DNA of 64,000 nucleotides from Escherichia coli (GTDB lineage Bacteria; Pseudomonadota; Gammaproteobacteria; Enterobacterales; Enterobacteriaceae): NCBI RefSeq assembly GCF_017348835.2, contig NZ_CP072315.1; one strand, 5' to 3'. Shown piece by piece: positions 29,020 to 39,069 of this stretch (position 1 is its first letter; each line of letters starts with the position of its first letter). The notes under the pieces were generated by a model. It saw only the letters and a program-made list of their open reading frames with translations, ran no database searches and was not told where the DNA came from. The position numbers and the translations under genes were made by a program.

Positions 29020-30270
29020 TTAAGTCCGATACAGTTCGGCGAGCTCATCCAGCATGGGGTTACTCTTATATCCCGGTGCGGCCGTAAAAAGGTTTCGGGA
29101 AATCGCCAGCCACTCCATGATTTTGTCCGTCGCCAGCCAACGTCTGCCAAGTCGCTCGGCTGCGATGGGGACTTTATGCAAGCCAGCGAAGGGATCTACA
29201 ACAAGATCTCCCGGCTCTGTCAAAAACTCAATCAGAAACGCTGCAAGCCTGGTAGGAGACGTTGCACCGTGCAGCGGAAAACCGAGCTCGCGGGCAATGG
29301 AATGGCAAAATCTCGTATCAGCGCAGCTATTGCCGTAAAACAAAGTATTCTTGGGGATCGTTCCTTCTGTTTTATTTCCAAAGGAACCGCTTTTAAGCTG
29401 GTACGCCCCATCACCATAAAAGGTCGTGCGATTTTCACCGCCTGCTGCCTGCAATTTTAGATGCTGGTCTGAATGCGGTTGTAGTACACGTAAGTTGTTT
29501 GAACGAACCTTACTCGCATCATTGGTAAACCACAGCACAGGCTCATACGATGAGCAGAGCTGCACCCGTTGCTTACATGCCCAGTGCGTTGGCGATGGGG
29601 GCTTACTGCGATTCACCCACTGAAGCCTGTCCATGAGCTCAAGCCCCAGCTTGTCACATAATGCCAGTGTCAGACGCTCCAGATACAGAGAACGTGAAGG
29701 CCTACCCCTATTAAAGCTATCTTGAGTGATATTCAATGCCACACTTGCGCCCGGTACAAGCTGTTTCACGATCGGTTCGAGGATACGCAGAAGCCAGTCA
29801 ATATAAGCCTGCTCGCCACGCCCCCCTCCGTGCCCGTAGTCTCTTGAATTTCGAAGGAGGTAAGGTGGCGAGGTCAGGCAAAGATGAATTTGCTCGGTGA
29901 TATTGCTGAAGAAGGCATAGGCGTTTCCAAAAACCGATGCCCCAAGAGAAGTTGAGAAACCGACAACACAGAGCTTTTCCCATGACTCATGCAGGTTTGT
30001 TTTCGTCTTAGAGGCGTATCTCCAGACGCCCCGTTTTTCTGGAACGCGTTCGATGACCCCGGCCTGACGGAGAGTCTGCTGAAACCAGCGAACCTTATGT
30101 TTGACGCCGCTGGTTCTGGTTTTATCTGACCCAAATTCTTTCAGTTCGTGCAATTCGGCATCCGACATGCCAGTTTTACGCTGCACTTCGCGATAAAGCT
30201 CGTCGTTGGTCAACGGCGATTCGGAGGCAGCGTAGATATGCGCAATTAAGTCCGTATTAATCGTACTCAT
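29020..30270 (-). CDS. DNA methyltransferase (N4/N6 class, SPPY and DPFAG motifs)
   Basis: LTSPPYLLRN catalytic motif and C-terminal DLVVDPFAGLHKV SAM-binding motif. Confidence 0.8.
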   Translation of the reverse strand: MSTINTDLIAHIYAASESPLTNDELYREVQRKTGMSDAELHELKEFGSDKTRTSGVKHKVRWFQQTLRQAGVIERVPEKRGVWRYASKTKTNLHESWEKLCVVGFSTSLGASVFGNAYAFFSNITEQIHLCLTSPPYLLRNSRDYGHGGGRGEQAYIDWLLRILEPIVKQLVPGASVALNITQDSFNRGRPSRSLYLERLTLALCDKLGLELMDRLQWVNRSKPPSPTHWACKQRVQLCSSYEPVLWFTNDASKVRSNNLRVLQPHSDQHLKLQAAGGENRTTFYGDGAYQLKSGSFGNKTEGTIPKNTLFYGNSCADTRFCHSIARELGFPLHGATSPTRLAAFLIEFLTEPGDLVVDPFAGLHKVPIAAERLGRRWLATDKIMEWLAISRNLFTAAPGYKSNPMLDELAELYRT

Positions 30271-30438
30271 CAGCCATCCTAATGGGGATACAGTTATTAT
30301 ATCGGCCTGATGGTTGGAAGTGAGATTACTAAATCAGACCGATCTGGTTTGTTGAAGACTTTGCCAAATCATGCAGCACAGCTGGGCTTGCACAGAGCGA
30401 GCCGGGCTCCTTTAGCGGAGACACCTTCGCAAGTTGGA

Positions 30439-31059
30439 TTAATCAGCCTCAAGATTCTGGAACTCAATGAGCTTTTGCTCACACTCCTCCCTGCCCCACG
30501 ATCCCTGCCAGTCACAGATGTCCCGGTACTTACTTTCCAGCTTATCCATCTGTGCGAGATTAGCTGTTGCGAAGTCTGTCCATATGTCATGCCAGCAAGC
30601 GTTGTACGTAACGCCAGCTGGTGGACAATACTCCATTGCATCAGCATTAATAATTTCAACGCGAAGATCGGTTGCAAACGAGGCTGCAACGAGGTTAATA
30701 ACATCCTGTTCTTTTTCGATTACCGTGACATGGGTTACATCGTCTTTCTGAAGAATGGCGTGGAGCACCATACCAAGACCAAGACCATTAATGAGCACCC
30801 GCCCGGTGGCTCGCTCTATAAAATCCTGGCAGGTTCGGATCTCCATCGGGGTATTGGACATCACCACATCCCAGCCGTTGGACAAGCGGCGATATCTACC
30901 GGGCGGGATAAACTCATCTGTATTACCAGTACACTCGGCACGAAGGGCGAGGGTCAGCGCCTTATCTGTGGTAATTTCGAAAGTGTCCAGTTTCCAAGTT
31001 CCGGACTTGCCGTCTTTAACGGGTAAATCAGAAAAGCAGCTCTTCATCGAGGCAACCAA
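30439..31059 (-). CDS. putative SAM-dependent methyltransferase
   Basis: Gly-rich motif I candidate (VLINGLGLGMV) followed by an acidic residue block; preferred over the overlapping plus-strand ORF because of the motif and co-orientation. Confidence 0.45.
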   Translation of the reverse strand: MVASMKSCFSDLPVKDGKSGTWKLDTFEITTDKALTLALRAECTGNTDEFIPPGRYRRLSNGWDVVMSNTPMEIRTCQDFIERATGRVLINGLGLGMVLHAILQKDDVTHVTVIEKEQDVINLVAASFATDLRVEIINADAMEYCPPAGVTYNACWHDIWTDFATANLAQMDKLESKYRDICDWQGSWGREECEQKLIEFQNLEAD

Positions 31060-31202
31060 AATTCCAGTAGTTTTGTTACGCTGAACCTACCACAAACCCG
31101 CTCTTAATGAAGGCATCAGGAGCGATAGCGATCTTTGAGGCATCGTTTAAAACAGCGGCATCCTGTAACAGACACCCGATATTTTTTTTAATGCCGCAGG
31201 TG

Positions 31203-31460
31203 TTAAAGGTAGCGTTGCAAAGTTGCAACATCTTCAGGGGCAACCTCCACGCAGCTCCTGACACTGTAGTGATTTTCGCCGTTGTAGTCATAAACCCCAC
31301 CGTCTTCAAAACTCAGCTGTTCAACCTCGCCAGCACACTCGGAAATCAGTGCCGTCTGGCAAGCATTTTTCTCACAATCGCTGACGAGTATACGAACATA
31401 GCTTTTCTCATGGTCGCCGTTACGGTTCTGGATCTTTACGATAAAGTGTTTTTCAGACAT
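31203..31460 (-). CDS. hypothetical protein
   Basis: 85-aa ORF. Confidence 0.4.
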   Translation of the reverse strand: MSEKHFIVKIQNRNGDHEKSYVRILVSDCEKNACQTALISECAGEVEQLSFEDGGVYDYNGENHYSVRSCVEVAPEDVATLQRYL

Positions 31461-31524
31461 TTGTGCCTCCAGCTCAGGTTGAGGTTAATTTAGCGTTGCC
31501 CCGGTTCACCGGGGCAAGAATAAA

Positions 31525-31953
31525 TCAACCCTTAATGAAATTGTGCCCCCAGGTGTTAGGCTTAAATGCCTGCTCTTTGATATATGTTTTCATTACCTTG
31601 CAGGTTTTTTTCAGGGCTTTGGTATTGGCATCGGTTACTGGGATAAAATGGCGAGAATGACGGTTTTCCCGGTACTGCTTATCAGCGTTTGGGTCAATTG
31701 CTTCGCTTTGCAGGAGCCCTTCGTGCCTGCCAATTACTATTACGTAGTTCATTTCACCTGAAACACGATCCGTGAGTAATTGAAGGGAAATATCAGCTGC
31801 TCGCGTGGCCTGGCTTGCAGATATTTTTGCATGCAAGAAAGCCCCCTTTCTGAATTTGGCCGGAGTTAGCCCTGTAATATCCTCAACACTAAAATTAAGT
31901 GAGGAAAGAATTGAAAATAAGTCGCAGCTAATGACTTCAGTATTATTAGGCAT
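31525..31953 (-). CDS. hypothetical protein
   Basis: 142-aa ORF. Confidence 0.4.
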   Translation of the reverse strand: MPNNTEVISCDLFSILSSLNFSVEDITGLTPAKFRKGAFLHAKISASQATRAADISLQLLTDRVSGEMNYVIVIGRHEGLLQSEAIDPNADKQYRENRHSRHFIPVTDANTKALKKTCKVMKTYIKEQAFKPNTWGHNFIKG

Positions 31954-32047
31954 TTTACCCGTCCCCGTCCATATTCATGATACGGTAATGATACCAGGTC
32001 GATATCATTACCTAATAACTTGGTGAAAGAAAATCTGTAATTTTTAG

Positions 32048-32425
32048 TTAACTAAAATTAATAGTCTCAATACTGCTCAAGAATTCTTTTTTTACGTCCG
32101 GTGTAAAAGGTATACGTTCAATGTATTTATAAAGTGTCGCAAATGTTTTGGGTTCAATGTTTCGGGAGATAATGTCATCAATCGGATCTTCGAACATATT
32201 GATAAAGATATCGACATGCTGCTCTCCGCTTTCTGATGCCTTTGAAAGAAGACTGACCACTTCAATGTAGCGATTATCCTGCTCTGCAATGAACAACCAG
32301 TGCCCTTCGTTAAAGGCGGGTGCAGCGCTGTAGCGTTTAACAACAATTTCTGAAAGATTATATCCTGCCTGATTCAGCAGATTATTAAAGTTGAGTTGAG
32401 TTGAAATCACGTCTAACGTTTTCAT
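32048..32425 (-). CDS. hypothetical protein
   Basis: 125-aa ORF with full upstream module: palindromic motif, promoter-proximal element, TATAAT, then GGAGG. Confidence 0.5.
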   Translation of the reverse strand: MKTLDVISTQLNFNNLLNQAGYNLSEIVVKRYSAAPAFNEGHWLFIAEQDNRYIEVVSLLSKASESGEQHVDIFINMFEDPIDDIISRNIEPKTFATLYKYIERIPFTPDVKKEFLSSIETINFS

Positions 32426-32471
32426 AAAACCTCCTTTTCATCTGTACTTATTATACTGTTACCCAACCCCC

Positions 32472-32486
32472 AGCTAATAACCTCCC
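32472..32486 (-). promoter_or_regulatory. conserved promoter-proximal element (agctaataacctccc)
   Basis: On the coding strand followed after about 19 nt by TATAAT, then GGAGG and the start at 32425. Confidence 0.5.
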
Positions 32487-32595
32487 AGCAAATTTTCAGA
32501 AAAAAAACACCGCCTTTTATTTAAGATTGAACACATCCTTTTTAAATACCAACAATGATTATGAAACCACAATGTAAGTGAAGCGCCATTATGGA

Positions 32596-32606
32596 AAAGT
32601 AACTTT
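32596..32606. promoter_or_regulatory. AAAGTWACTTT palindromic motif copy
   Basis: aaagtaacttt; about 170 bp upstream of the leftward gene starting at 32425. Confidence 0.5.
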
Positions 32607-32832
32607 TGTGCAGCTCATAAATTTTATTTATTAGTTACGTTCCTTTGTCTTGTGGTCGAAGTTCATCAGGCGAGGCCTAAGAAGAATATGTGTGGTTTCA
32701 GCCAATGCGGTGATCGGGCATTATAATTTGGTCGGGCTATTATACGTGGGTAAAGGTAGTGGTAGGGAGAGGATCAGGTTAAATTGCATTTTCCCGGTTG
32801 CCTTCCCTGGCCTACCGGTTTCAGGTCAGACG

Positions 32833-34014
32833 CTAAGACCAGCGGTAATACTTAAAGTAGTCCTCATTTACAGCCAAAAACTCCCTTAAACCGTTCATTA
32901 ATCCCTTTTCAAACGCTGTAACGATAAACCGGTATCCGTCCAGTGTTTCAATGTAGTAGATCCCGCCCGGTGTTATTCCAACATGCAACACCTCGGCTGT
33001 CATCATAAACTGGCCTTCCGGAAAATCATGCGACAGGTATATAAAACCCGTCGTGGCCGGTGCGGGTGTGGCATTCACTAAGACACCGTTAAACTGCTGC
33101 CCGTGCCTCGCCGGTACAAGCTCACTTCCCCTGGTTGACTTATCGAGCAGCCCCTTAACATCTTTTTGCTCTTTAGATGAGGTATAGCCCCGCACATCAC
33201 TCCCATCACCTGGGCGAGAGCCGGTGCCGACATGTGCAAGACGACGGTAAGCGCTGCGCATATTGATGTGGCAGGATGCCCCGGCTCTACCCTGAAGCCT
33301 TACGCCAAAATCTTCGCAAAGTAATAAAATCTGACGTAGCTGGTGTTCATACACGGACGCAGAAAGTGAAAGGTTGAAACTGGAAAAGGTCAGTTCTAAA
33401 ACCTTTTCCCGTTTGTCATTGAAATGTGCTTCCAGCCTGATGATTGGCTTTTCCGACATTGCAAAAGCTTTGTCCGTTGCTCTGTACCGGCATTCATCTC
33501 CGAAACATTCTTCAACAACGCTGGCTATAACCGTGTCGTGATCGCCATCTTCCGGAGCTGGCACAAAGATTTCAAATTGTGCCGGTGTCTCCGGCTCCAG
33601 CAGAACGGGATATAAACGCGGAGAATTAAGCAATGCGCATTCAGAATTAATGAGCTTAACCCAGGCGCTTTTGTCGTCCGGATCCTTAAGCTGCTGTCCA
33701 AGGTTATCGCAAAAGTCTACTATCTGACGGGTATGCTCATCCGTGACTGCACAGATCAGGTTAAGACCATGCGTGGCCATACTCAATTCCCGGGTTCGGG
33801 ACTGGGAATTGATCGACCAGGGGTTAAGTGAAAGCGAAATAGGGCTTATGGAAGGGACGACCGTCTCATTCTGCAAATCTGTAAGCTGGCAGTTCGCAGT
33901 AGGCTTCGGGGAAAGGGTACTAAATATGTAACTTGCCTGTTGTTTAGTACTGGCCTGGATATAAAACATCGCGTCCATGCTTGTATCCCGGGATGAAATT
34001 GAAAATAGCTTCAT
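32833..34014 (-). CDS. hypothetical protein encoded immediately downstream of the HigB-like toxin gene
   Basis: 393-aa ORF starting 6 bp after the toxin stop; no HTH recognisable by eye. Confidence 0.5.
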   Translation of the reverse strand: MKLFSISSRDTSMDAMFYIQASTKQQASYIFSTLSPKPTANCQLTDLQNETVVPSISPISLSLNPWSINSQSRTRELSMATHGLNLICAVTDEHTRQIVDFCDNLGQQLKDPDDKSAWVKLINSECALLNSPRLYPVLLEPETPAQFEIFVPAPEDGDHDTVIASVVEECFGDECRYRATDKAFAMSEKPIIRLEAHFNDKREKVLELTFSSFNLSLSASVYEHQLRQILLLCEDFGVRLQGRAGASCHINMRSAYRRLAHVGTGSRPGDGSDVRGYTSSKEQKDVKGLLDKSTRGSELVPARHGQQFNGVLVNATPAPATTGFIYLSHDFPEGQFMMTAEVLHVGITPGGIYYIETLDGYRFIVTAFEKGLMNGLREFLAVNEDYFKYYRWS

Positions 34015-34022
34015 TTTTAACC

Positions 34023-34319
34023 TTAATGGATGAGCGATTTATAGTCATGTGCTGACAAATGGACATTATGTGCGCCATCATTCCATTCAAAGAATAATCG
34101 ATACTTAGAGTTTACTCGAATGGAGGAATAACGGTTTGACGTCATTCTTAAGCGTTCATAACGCAAGCTGTTGGATAATAACTCCCGCTCACTCTGGACA
34201 TTATCCAGCGTTTCGAGTCGACACAGAATCGCGTTAATAATTTCAGAAGGAATACCTGCCGTTGTTTTTCCATTACGGAAGAACTTTTCAAGCCGTCTGT
34301 CTTTAAATGAATGGATCAT
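34023..34319 (-). CDS. HigB-like toxin (RelE/ParE superfamily, plasmid maintenance killer type)
   Basis: MIHSFKDRRLEKFFRNGKT ... SIRVNSKYRLFFEWNDG ... HDY follows the pattern of killer-protein HigB toxins. Confidence 0.65.
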   Translation of the reverse strand: MIHSFKDRRLEKFFRNGKTTAGIPSEIINAILCRLETLDNVQSERELLSNSLRYERLRMTSNRYSSIRVNSKYRLFFEWNDGAHNVHLSAHDYKSLIH

Positions 34320-34368
34320 AGTTCCTCCGTAATAATTGACCTTAAAATTAAATTAAAAGGGCTTTGAA

Positions 34369-34839
34369 TTAATGAATCCCTAAAATGCGGGCGGCGACTG
34401 CCAGCTGCTTATCACTTAACTGACGCTGGTGGGTTAAAGAAGACTTAAGGCTTTCCAGAAAATTATTACTGCTGGATTGCTGGGTGATTGCATCAACCAT
34501 TTTTTGATGAGATCTGCACCATGCATTGAACGCAGAGTTGTGGGCGTTTTCAGTCCTCAAACGCTCGTTTTGCAAGGATGCTGACACTTTGCGGGCAGCT
34601 TGAGCATTAATGCGGTACAGCGCATTCAGCGTGTAAGCAGTGCGGGTCGTTTCGAGGCTGTAACCCGTGGCTTTACAAGCCATACAGCGACTTCTATAAA
34701 AATGCTTACGCTCTCCCCGACCATTGCATTTATCGCAAAGAATACGAAAAGTATATTCCGCAGTACCTTTTACAGAATCAACACAGCGGATTTTTGCGCT
34801 GGAGATTTCAATTCCACTGCGATCATAATATTTGGTCAT
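34369..34839 (-). CDS. zinc-ribbon protein with DnaJ-type CxxCxGxG motif
   Basis: CDKCNGRG and CMACKATG motifs; promoter-proximal element about 52 bp upstream. Confidence 0.5.
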   Translation of the reverse strand: MTKYYDRSGIEISSAKIRCVDSVKGTAEYTFRILCDKCNGRGERKHFYRSRCMACKATGYSLETTRTAYTLNALYRINAQAARKVSASLQNERLRTENAHNSAFNAWCRSHQKMVDAITQQSSSNNFLESLKSSLTHQRQLSDKQLAVAARILGIH

Positions 34840-34890
34840 AATGTGATTCCTCCGGTTAGTTCTGGAGTAATCATGACAGAATGAATCTAC

Positions 34891-34906
34891 TGGCTAATAA
34901 CCTGAG
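34891..34906 (-). promoter_or_regulatory. conserved promoter-proximal element (tggctaataacctgag)
   Basis: About 52 bp upstream of the start at 34839. Confidence 0.45.
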
Positions 34907-35273
34907 AGTAAATATTTTAAAAAAACATTGAGAGAGGGTCTGCAAATTTATACACGAAGGATTCAAATATAATTTTGTTTAAAAAATTAAGAGCATTCTG
35001 AAGTAAAAGTGCATCAAAAAGCATTCATGGATAAATCATGTACTGGTGCCAGCCATTTAAACGCGGGCATTGTTCCGGAGTGATTAAACGGTTTAGCATC
35101 ATAGATTAAAACCAAAAGGAAGGCGTCCTTCCCGTCTCGGGAATATTACTTTCCCGTTTGCAATTTAAGAGCCACTTAATGAGAAAGTAATAATTAAGTC
35201 ATGCTCAACTCTACATATTACATTGAGGATGGCGTAACAGGGTACGGCATACTACCGCACCCTTCTGAAGAGC

Positions 35274-37691
35274 TTATGTTTGAGGGAATTCTATAGCAAA
35301 TGTGGCCGTGCCAGATTGACCACTTACAGCGGGAGTAACGGGATACGTGCGCTCTTCACCATTACCAAGATCCAGTGACAGCGATTTAGTTTCACCAGGC
35401 TGGACCGTAACTCCGGCAACCGTAACGCCGAACTGGGCATTTTTCTGAACAGTCAGGGTTCCGTTTAACTGTCCGGTAATGATAGAACCGTCCTGACGCC
35501 GCAACACACTGGTTCGGATGATGGCCAGCGGCGTGTTGTCCGTTGCTTTCAGTGCTACGGCTGTGGCCAGCGTCTTGAGATTATCCAGCATAATCAGATT
35601 CGCAGGCTGGTAGGTAAAATTAAGCGTTTTAGTGGTCCGGTTACCTGATTCGTCAATAGCCAGTGCCTCCAGATGATACATCTGTCCCGATTCGTCAGTG
35701 TTGGGGAAGATTCTGGGGTATTCCGGAATAAAGACATCCTTGGATAACGGCGTGAATGCCAGGGTGACCTTTTCAGAGTTAGGTCCACCAGCGAGCTGAA
35801 GCGATGTCAGGGAAGCATCCCCAGAGGCATCAGTAACGCTTATGCGAAGGTTCTCAAGCCCTTTAACCAGTTTTCCTTCTGCGTCTGCGCCATTAAAACT
35901 GAACGCGATAACCGGAAGCGTTGAGTCAATTTTCAGCGGTGCATTAAGCGTTTTGGTTCCGGTGTTTCCAACAAGATCCGTGGCAGAGACGCTAACCACC
36001 GTATAATCCCCGTCCGGTAGACCAGCGTATGAGAAGGTGGCGTTTTTGGTTTTATAATCGCTTTCACTGACGGTCACAGGCTTCAGCGTGAAAGGTTCCC
36101 CCCGGGCATTTTTAAGGGTGGCTTCGAAAACTTTGGTATCCCAGTAGCTGATGTTCCAGGCGTTGACGCGATCATTATCGGTGGCCGTCATAGTGATTGT
36201 CTTGGAGGCCTTGTTTACCTGAGCGACATTAACCACCGGTGGGTTGTTATCCCAGATAACCGTAAAATTACCAGCAAGCGCATCGAATATGCTGTCACCA
36301 TCTTTTCCCGAGTAAAGGTGCAGATACTCAAATCCTTTGTCACTGGTGTAGTTGAAGTTAACCGTCATCTCGCATGAACTTTGTCCGATAGGTATAGTGC
36401 AGAACCAGGCTGCATTTTTTACCGTTCTGAACTTTTGCACGTATGGTCGGGGTTCAGCGGTTACCTTTATGCGGCTAATGGTGGCGGTTTTAACGCTGAT
36501 TGAGGCCTGAGTTAACCACTCACTGGTATCACTCCGGTACATCTCTTTAGCCACTATCTTCGGGGCTATTTCCATCGCCGGGGCTGGAGTGAAGTTGAGG
36601 GAGTTATGATGAATTCGTCTTACTCCTCCTGCCAGAGTCTGGAATTCATGATAAGTATCCCCCACATTGGGATATATGTATTTGAAAGTATAAATATTAT
36701 AAGTGCTATCGGACGTCTGGAAATTCGAGTCCGCCCAGCCATATTTGGAACCGTTAACAGCAGTAAAGTCACTTTTTTTCCTTAATACCCGTACGGAAAT
36801 AGGGTTCTGGAAGACGGTCATGCCAGACTGATAAGTGACCCATGATCCGGTAGTGGCGTCCTGCACCTGGATGATATCGTCAGGCTTAACCCGATCAATT
36901 ACGCTTCGGCGGCTTAGTTCGATCCTGTTTCCCGCTTTGTCATAAAGGTAGATCCCCACTTTATATTCAGAGCGGTTTTCCGGTGCCAGGGCATTGCTGC
37001 TTGCGTCGGCGACTTGAACGGTTACGCTACCTTCCACTGTATTAATTTCCGCTGGCTTTTTACGCTCCACTCCAGCGGCATCGGTTATGAAATATTCAGC
37101 ATTAGCAAGCCCGGAACCTTTATCACTCAGTCCATTAAAGACCAGTGCCTGGACGCTGGCGTACTGCATACCGGCTGGTACTGAAGTGAAGATCGCTTCG
37201 CTGCCAAAGTTCCACCCGTTTCTCGTATAACTTATGGTACCCGTTGCCGGAGGCGTTCGGTCAATTGCAAGCGGGTAATCCTGCCGGGAGACCTCCTTCC
37301 CTTGCAAGTCGGTAATCACCTCTCTGAGGGTGAAGCTATCTTCTCCCATCGCTGGTACGGTCAGAGTCTTGCCGTAATAATCAAAGCCTGTCGAAGATGT
37401 GGTACGGTCATCTACGGTAACCAGGCTGCTTTTCGTGCTCCAGATGAGGCTCCCGTCACTTTTCAGCAGACTGAGCGTAATATAACGGTCCAGACCGGAA
37501 ATAACGGCAACGTCAAAGCTCGTTACCGGATTAATCCATACGGATGCAGGCGATACGGTCTTTTTAACGTTCAGGGTATCTTTAAAGCTGAATTCTGCGA
37601 TTTCAGCGGAAGCTCCTGCGCTGAAACCTGCAAATGCAATAAGCAGGGCTAGTTTGATTTTCATGGGTTGTCTCCTGATCAGGTTCCCCAT
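35274..37691 (-). CDS. large secreted beta-rich protein (paralog 1 of 3)
   Basis: 805 aa with N-terminal signal peptide (ALLIAFAGFSAGASA) and shared blocks with the two paralogs (ISGLDRY near N-terminus, GLENLRI, PEYPR(I/L)FPN, C-terminal L(D/Q)(L/M)G.G). Confidence 0.7.
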   Translation of the reverse strand: MGNLIRRQPMKIKLALLIAFAGFSAGASAEIAEFSFKDTLNVKKTVSPASVWINPVTSFDVAVISGLDRYITLSLLKSDGSLIWSTKSSLVTVDDRTTSSTGFDYYGKTLTVPAMGEDSFTLREVITDLQGKEVSRQDYPLAIDRTPPATGTISYTRNGWNFGSEAIFTSVPAGMQYASVQALVFNGLSDKGSGLANAEYFITDAAGVERKKPAEINTVEGSVTVQVADASSNALAPENRSEYKVGIYLYDKAGNRIELSRRSVIDRVKPDDIIQVQDATTGSWVTYQSGMTVFQNPISVRVLRKKSDFTAVNGSKYGWADSNFQTSDSTYNIYTFKYIYPNVGDTYHEFQTLAGGVRRIHHNSLNFTPAPAMEIAPKIVAKEMYRSDTSEWLTQASISVKTATISRIKVTAEPRPYVQKFRTVKNAAWFCTIPIGQSSCEMTVNFNYTSDKGFEYLHLYSGKDGDSIFDALAGNFTVIWDNNPPVVNVAQVNKASKTITMTATDNDRVNAWNISYWDTKVFEATLKNARGEPFTLKPVTVSESDYKTKNATFSYAGLPDGDYTVVSVSATDLVGNTGTKTLNAPLKIDSTLPVIAFSFNGADAEGKLVKGLENLRISVTDASGDASLTSLQLAGGPNSEKVTLAFTPLSKDVFIPEYPRIFPNTDESGQMYHLEALAIDESGNRTTKTLNFTYQPANLIMLDNLKTLATAVALKATDNTPLAIIRTSVLRRQDGSIITGQLNGTLTVQKNAQFGVTVAGVTVQPGETKSLSLDLGNGEERTYPVTPAVSGQSGTATFAIEFPQT

Positions 37692-38224
37692 GATACTTTT
37701 TCAGTGTTCGAGATCTTTTCGGGAAAATAGCTAATTTTAATGTTTTTCTTTTCTGCCCGGCGGGACCTGTTTTGTTCCATTTTTATCAGTGAATGTAATG
37801 AGACCGATTCGTCCACTGTTAACAGTGTAAAAGCGAGGTTGAAAGCCAGCTTTGAGAAGGTTTTCAATAGCTGAAAAAAAATCTTTTTTGAGCATTGGTT
37901 TCAAGATGGTTTTCCTTTTATGCCCGGTGCCGCCGGGACGGTGGCATTAAATATACGCCATGTAAGTAAATTAATTTTTACCCATTTGATTGTCAATACA
38001 AACAAAAAATAAACCATGTTTATTATTTTACCAGCGATGCTATTTTAAAGTCCGTCTAAAATAAAAAACCAAAAAGTTAAATTTGAAGCCATCCTTCCTA
38101 AATTCATTTCTTGCGCATATTAGCCCCTGCTTTAAGTATATAATTTTTGAAAAAGTTGTCTGGAGGTTATTAGCTCGTGCATCTGGATTGTTAATATAAA
38201 GCCAACACAGAAAAGGAAAACAAA

Positions 38225-38989
38225 ATGTATAAATTAGTATCTCCTCGTGAACTGACTGAGATTATTACCGGTTTACTGCTTAAACCTGAACTCCTTGGTG
38301 AGCTGGACTCACCAGAAAAGCATCGGATGTTTATGGCAGATTTAGGCCGGGTGGTGGCAGAACATTGTGGAGGTCTGGTAAACAGCGTCGTCTTGCCAGG
38401 AGCTGAAGTTACAGTGCCGGATGGGTTACCGCTTAACGGCCAGCCAGTACGTTATCTCGGAATCAAAGAGAGCATCCCTCACCTCCTTGTAGAGCCTGAT
38501 GCTTCCTTACCTTCGCTCGCTAAAAACGTCTGGATGTATGCAGATCCTGAAGGCTGGAAAGAACATTTTGGAGCTGAGGAAGACTGCCTTACTCATGAAA
38601 TGATGCAGCTGTTCCGTAAAGGTATCCAGGCTCTTCAGAAGGAGCATGATACCCCTGAAATTAGCCTCACACTTCAGGACTGGCGCCTGGAGGAGGAAAC
38701 ACTGAGAGAAGAGGACAGTCAGGCCTATCAGGTCAGCGTTACCGGCCAACATAACATCCACTGTGAAGTTGTTAACAAGGAAGGTAACCCCTGTTTTGGT
38801 GTCATGTTCGAAATCGATCAGGGTGTGCCTGCCTTACACATCAACACCGGCGGGGATATGTTGCTCCACATTCATTGCGCCCATAACGGACTCGTTCTGA
38901 CCCCTGATGCAAGCGGTCAGCGATTTGAGAAGGCTCCCGTTGACCGCTTCGCTTATAACAGCCCATCCCTGCTGTTGTCTGCCGACTAA
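38225..38989 (+). CDS. hypothetical protein
   Basis: 254-aa ORF downstream of an AT-rich promoter region. Confidence 0.5.
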   Translation: MYKLVSPRELTEIITGLLLKPELLGELDSPEKHRMFMADLGRVVAEHCGGLVNSVVLPGAEVTVPDGLPLNGQPVRYLGIKESIPHLLVEPDASLPSLAKNVWMYADPEGWKEHFGAEEDCLTHEMMQLFRKGIQALQKEHDTPEISLTLQDWRLEEETLREEDSQAYQVSVTGQHNIHCEVVNKEGNPCFGVMFEIDQGVPALHINTGGDMLLHIHCAHNGLVLTPDASGQRFEKAPVDRFAYNSPSLLLSAD

Positions 38990-39069
38990 CCAAGGCCAAA
39001 TCTGAATTGTCCTGTTTAAGTAACCAACCCGCTGCCGCCAGGCGGGTAAATCCTCTTAATGGAGTTTTA

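Noticed and set aside
30310-31084. Plus-strand ORFs 30310..31026, 30467..30751 and 30755..31084
   Set aside because: Overlap the minus-strand ORF that carries a methyltransferase-like Gly-rich motif and fits the leftward gene polarity; no motifs in the plus-strand translations.
33424-33931. Plus-strand small ORFs antisense to 32833..34014
   Set aside because: Short, antisense to a longer co-oriented ORF, and without upstream signals.
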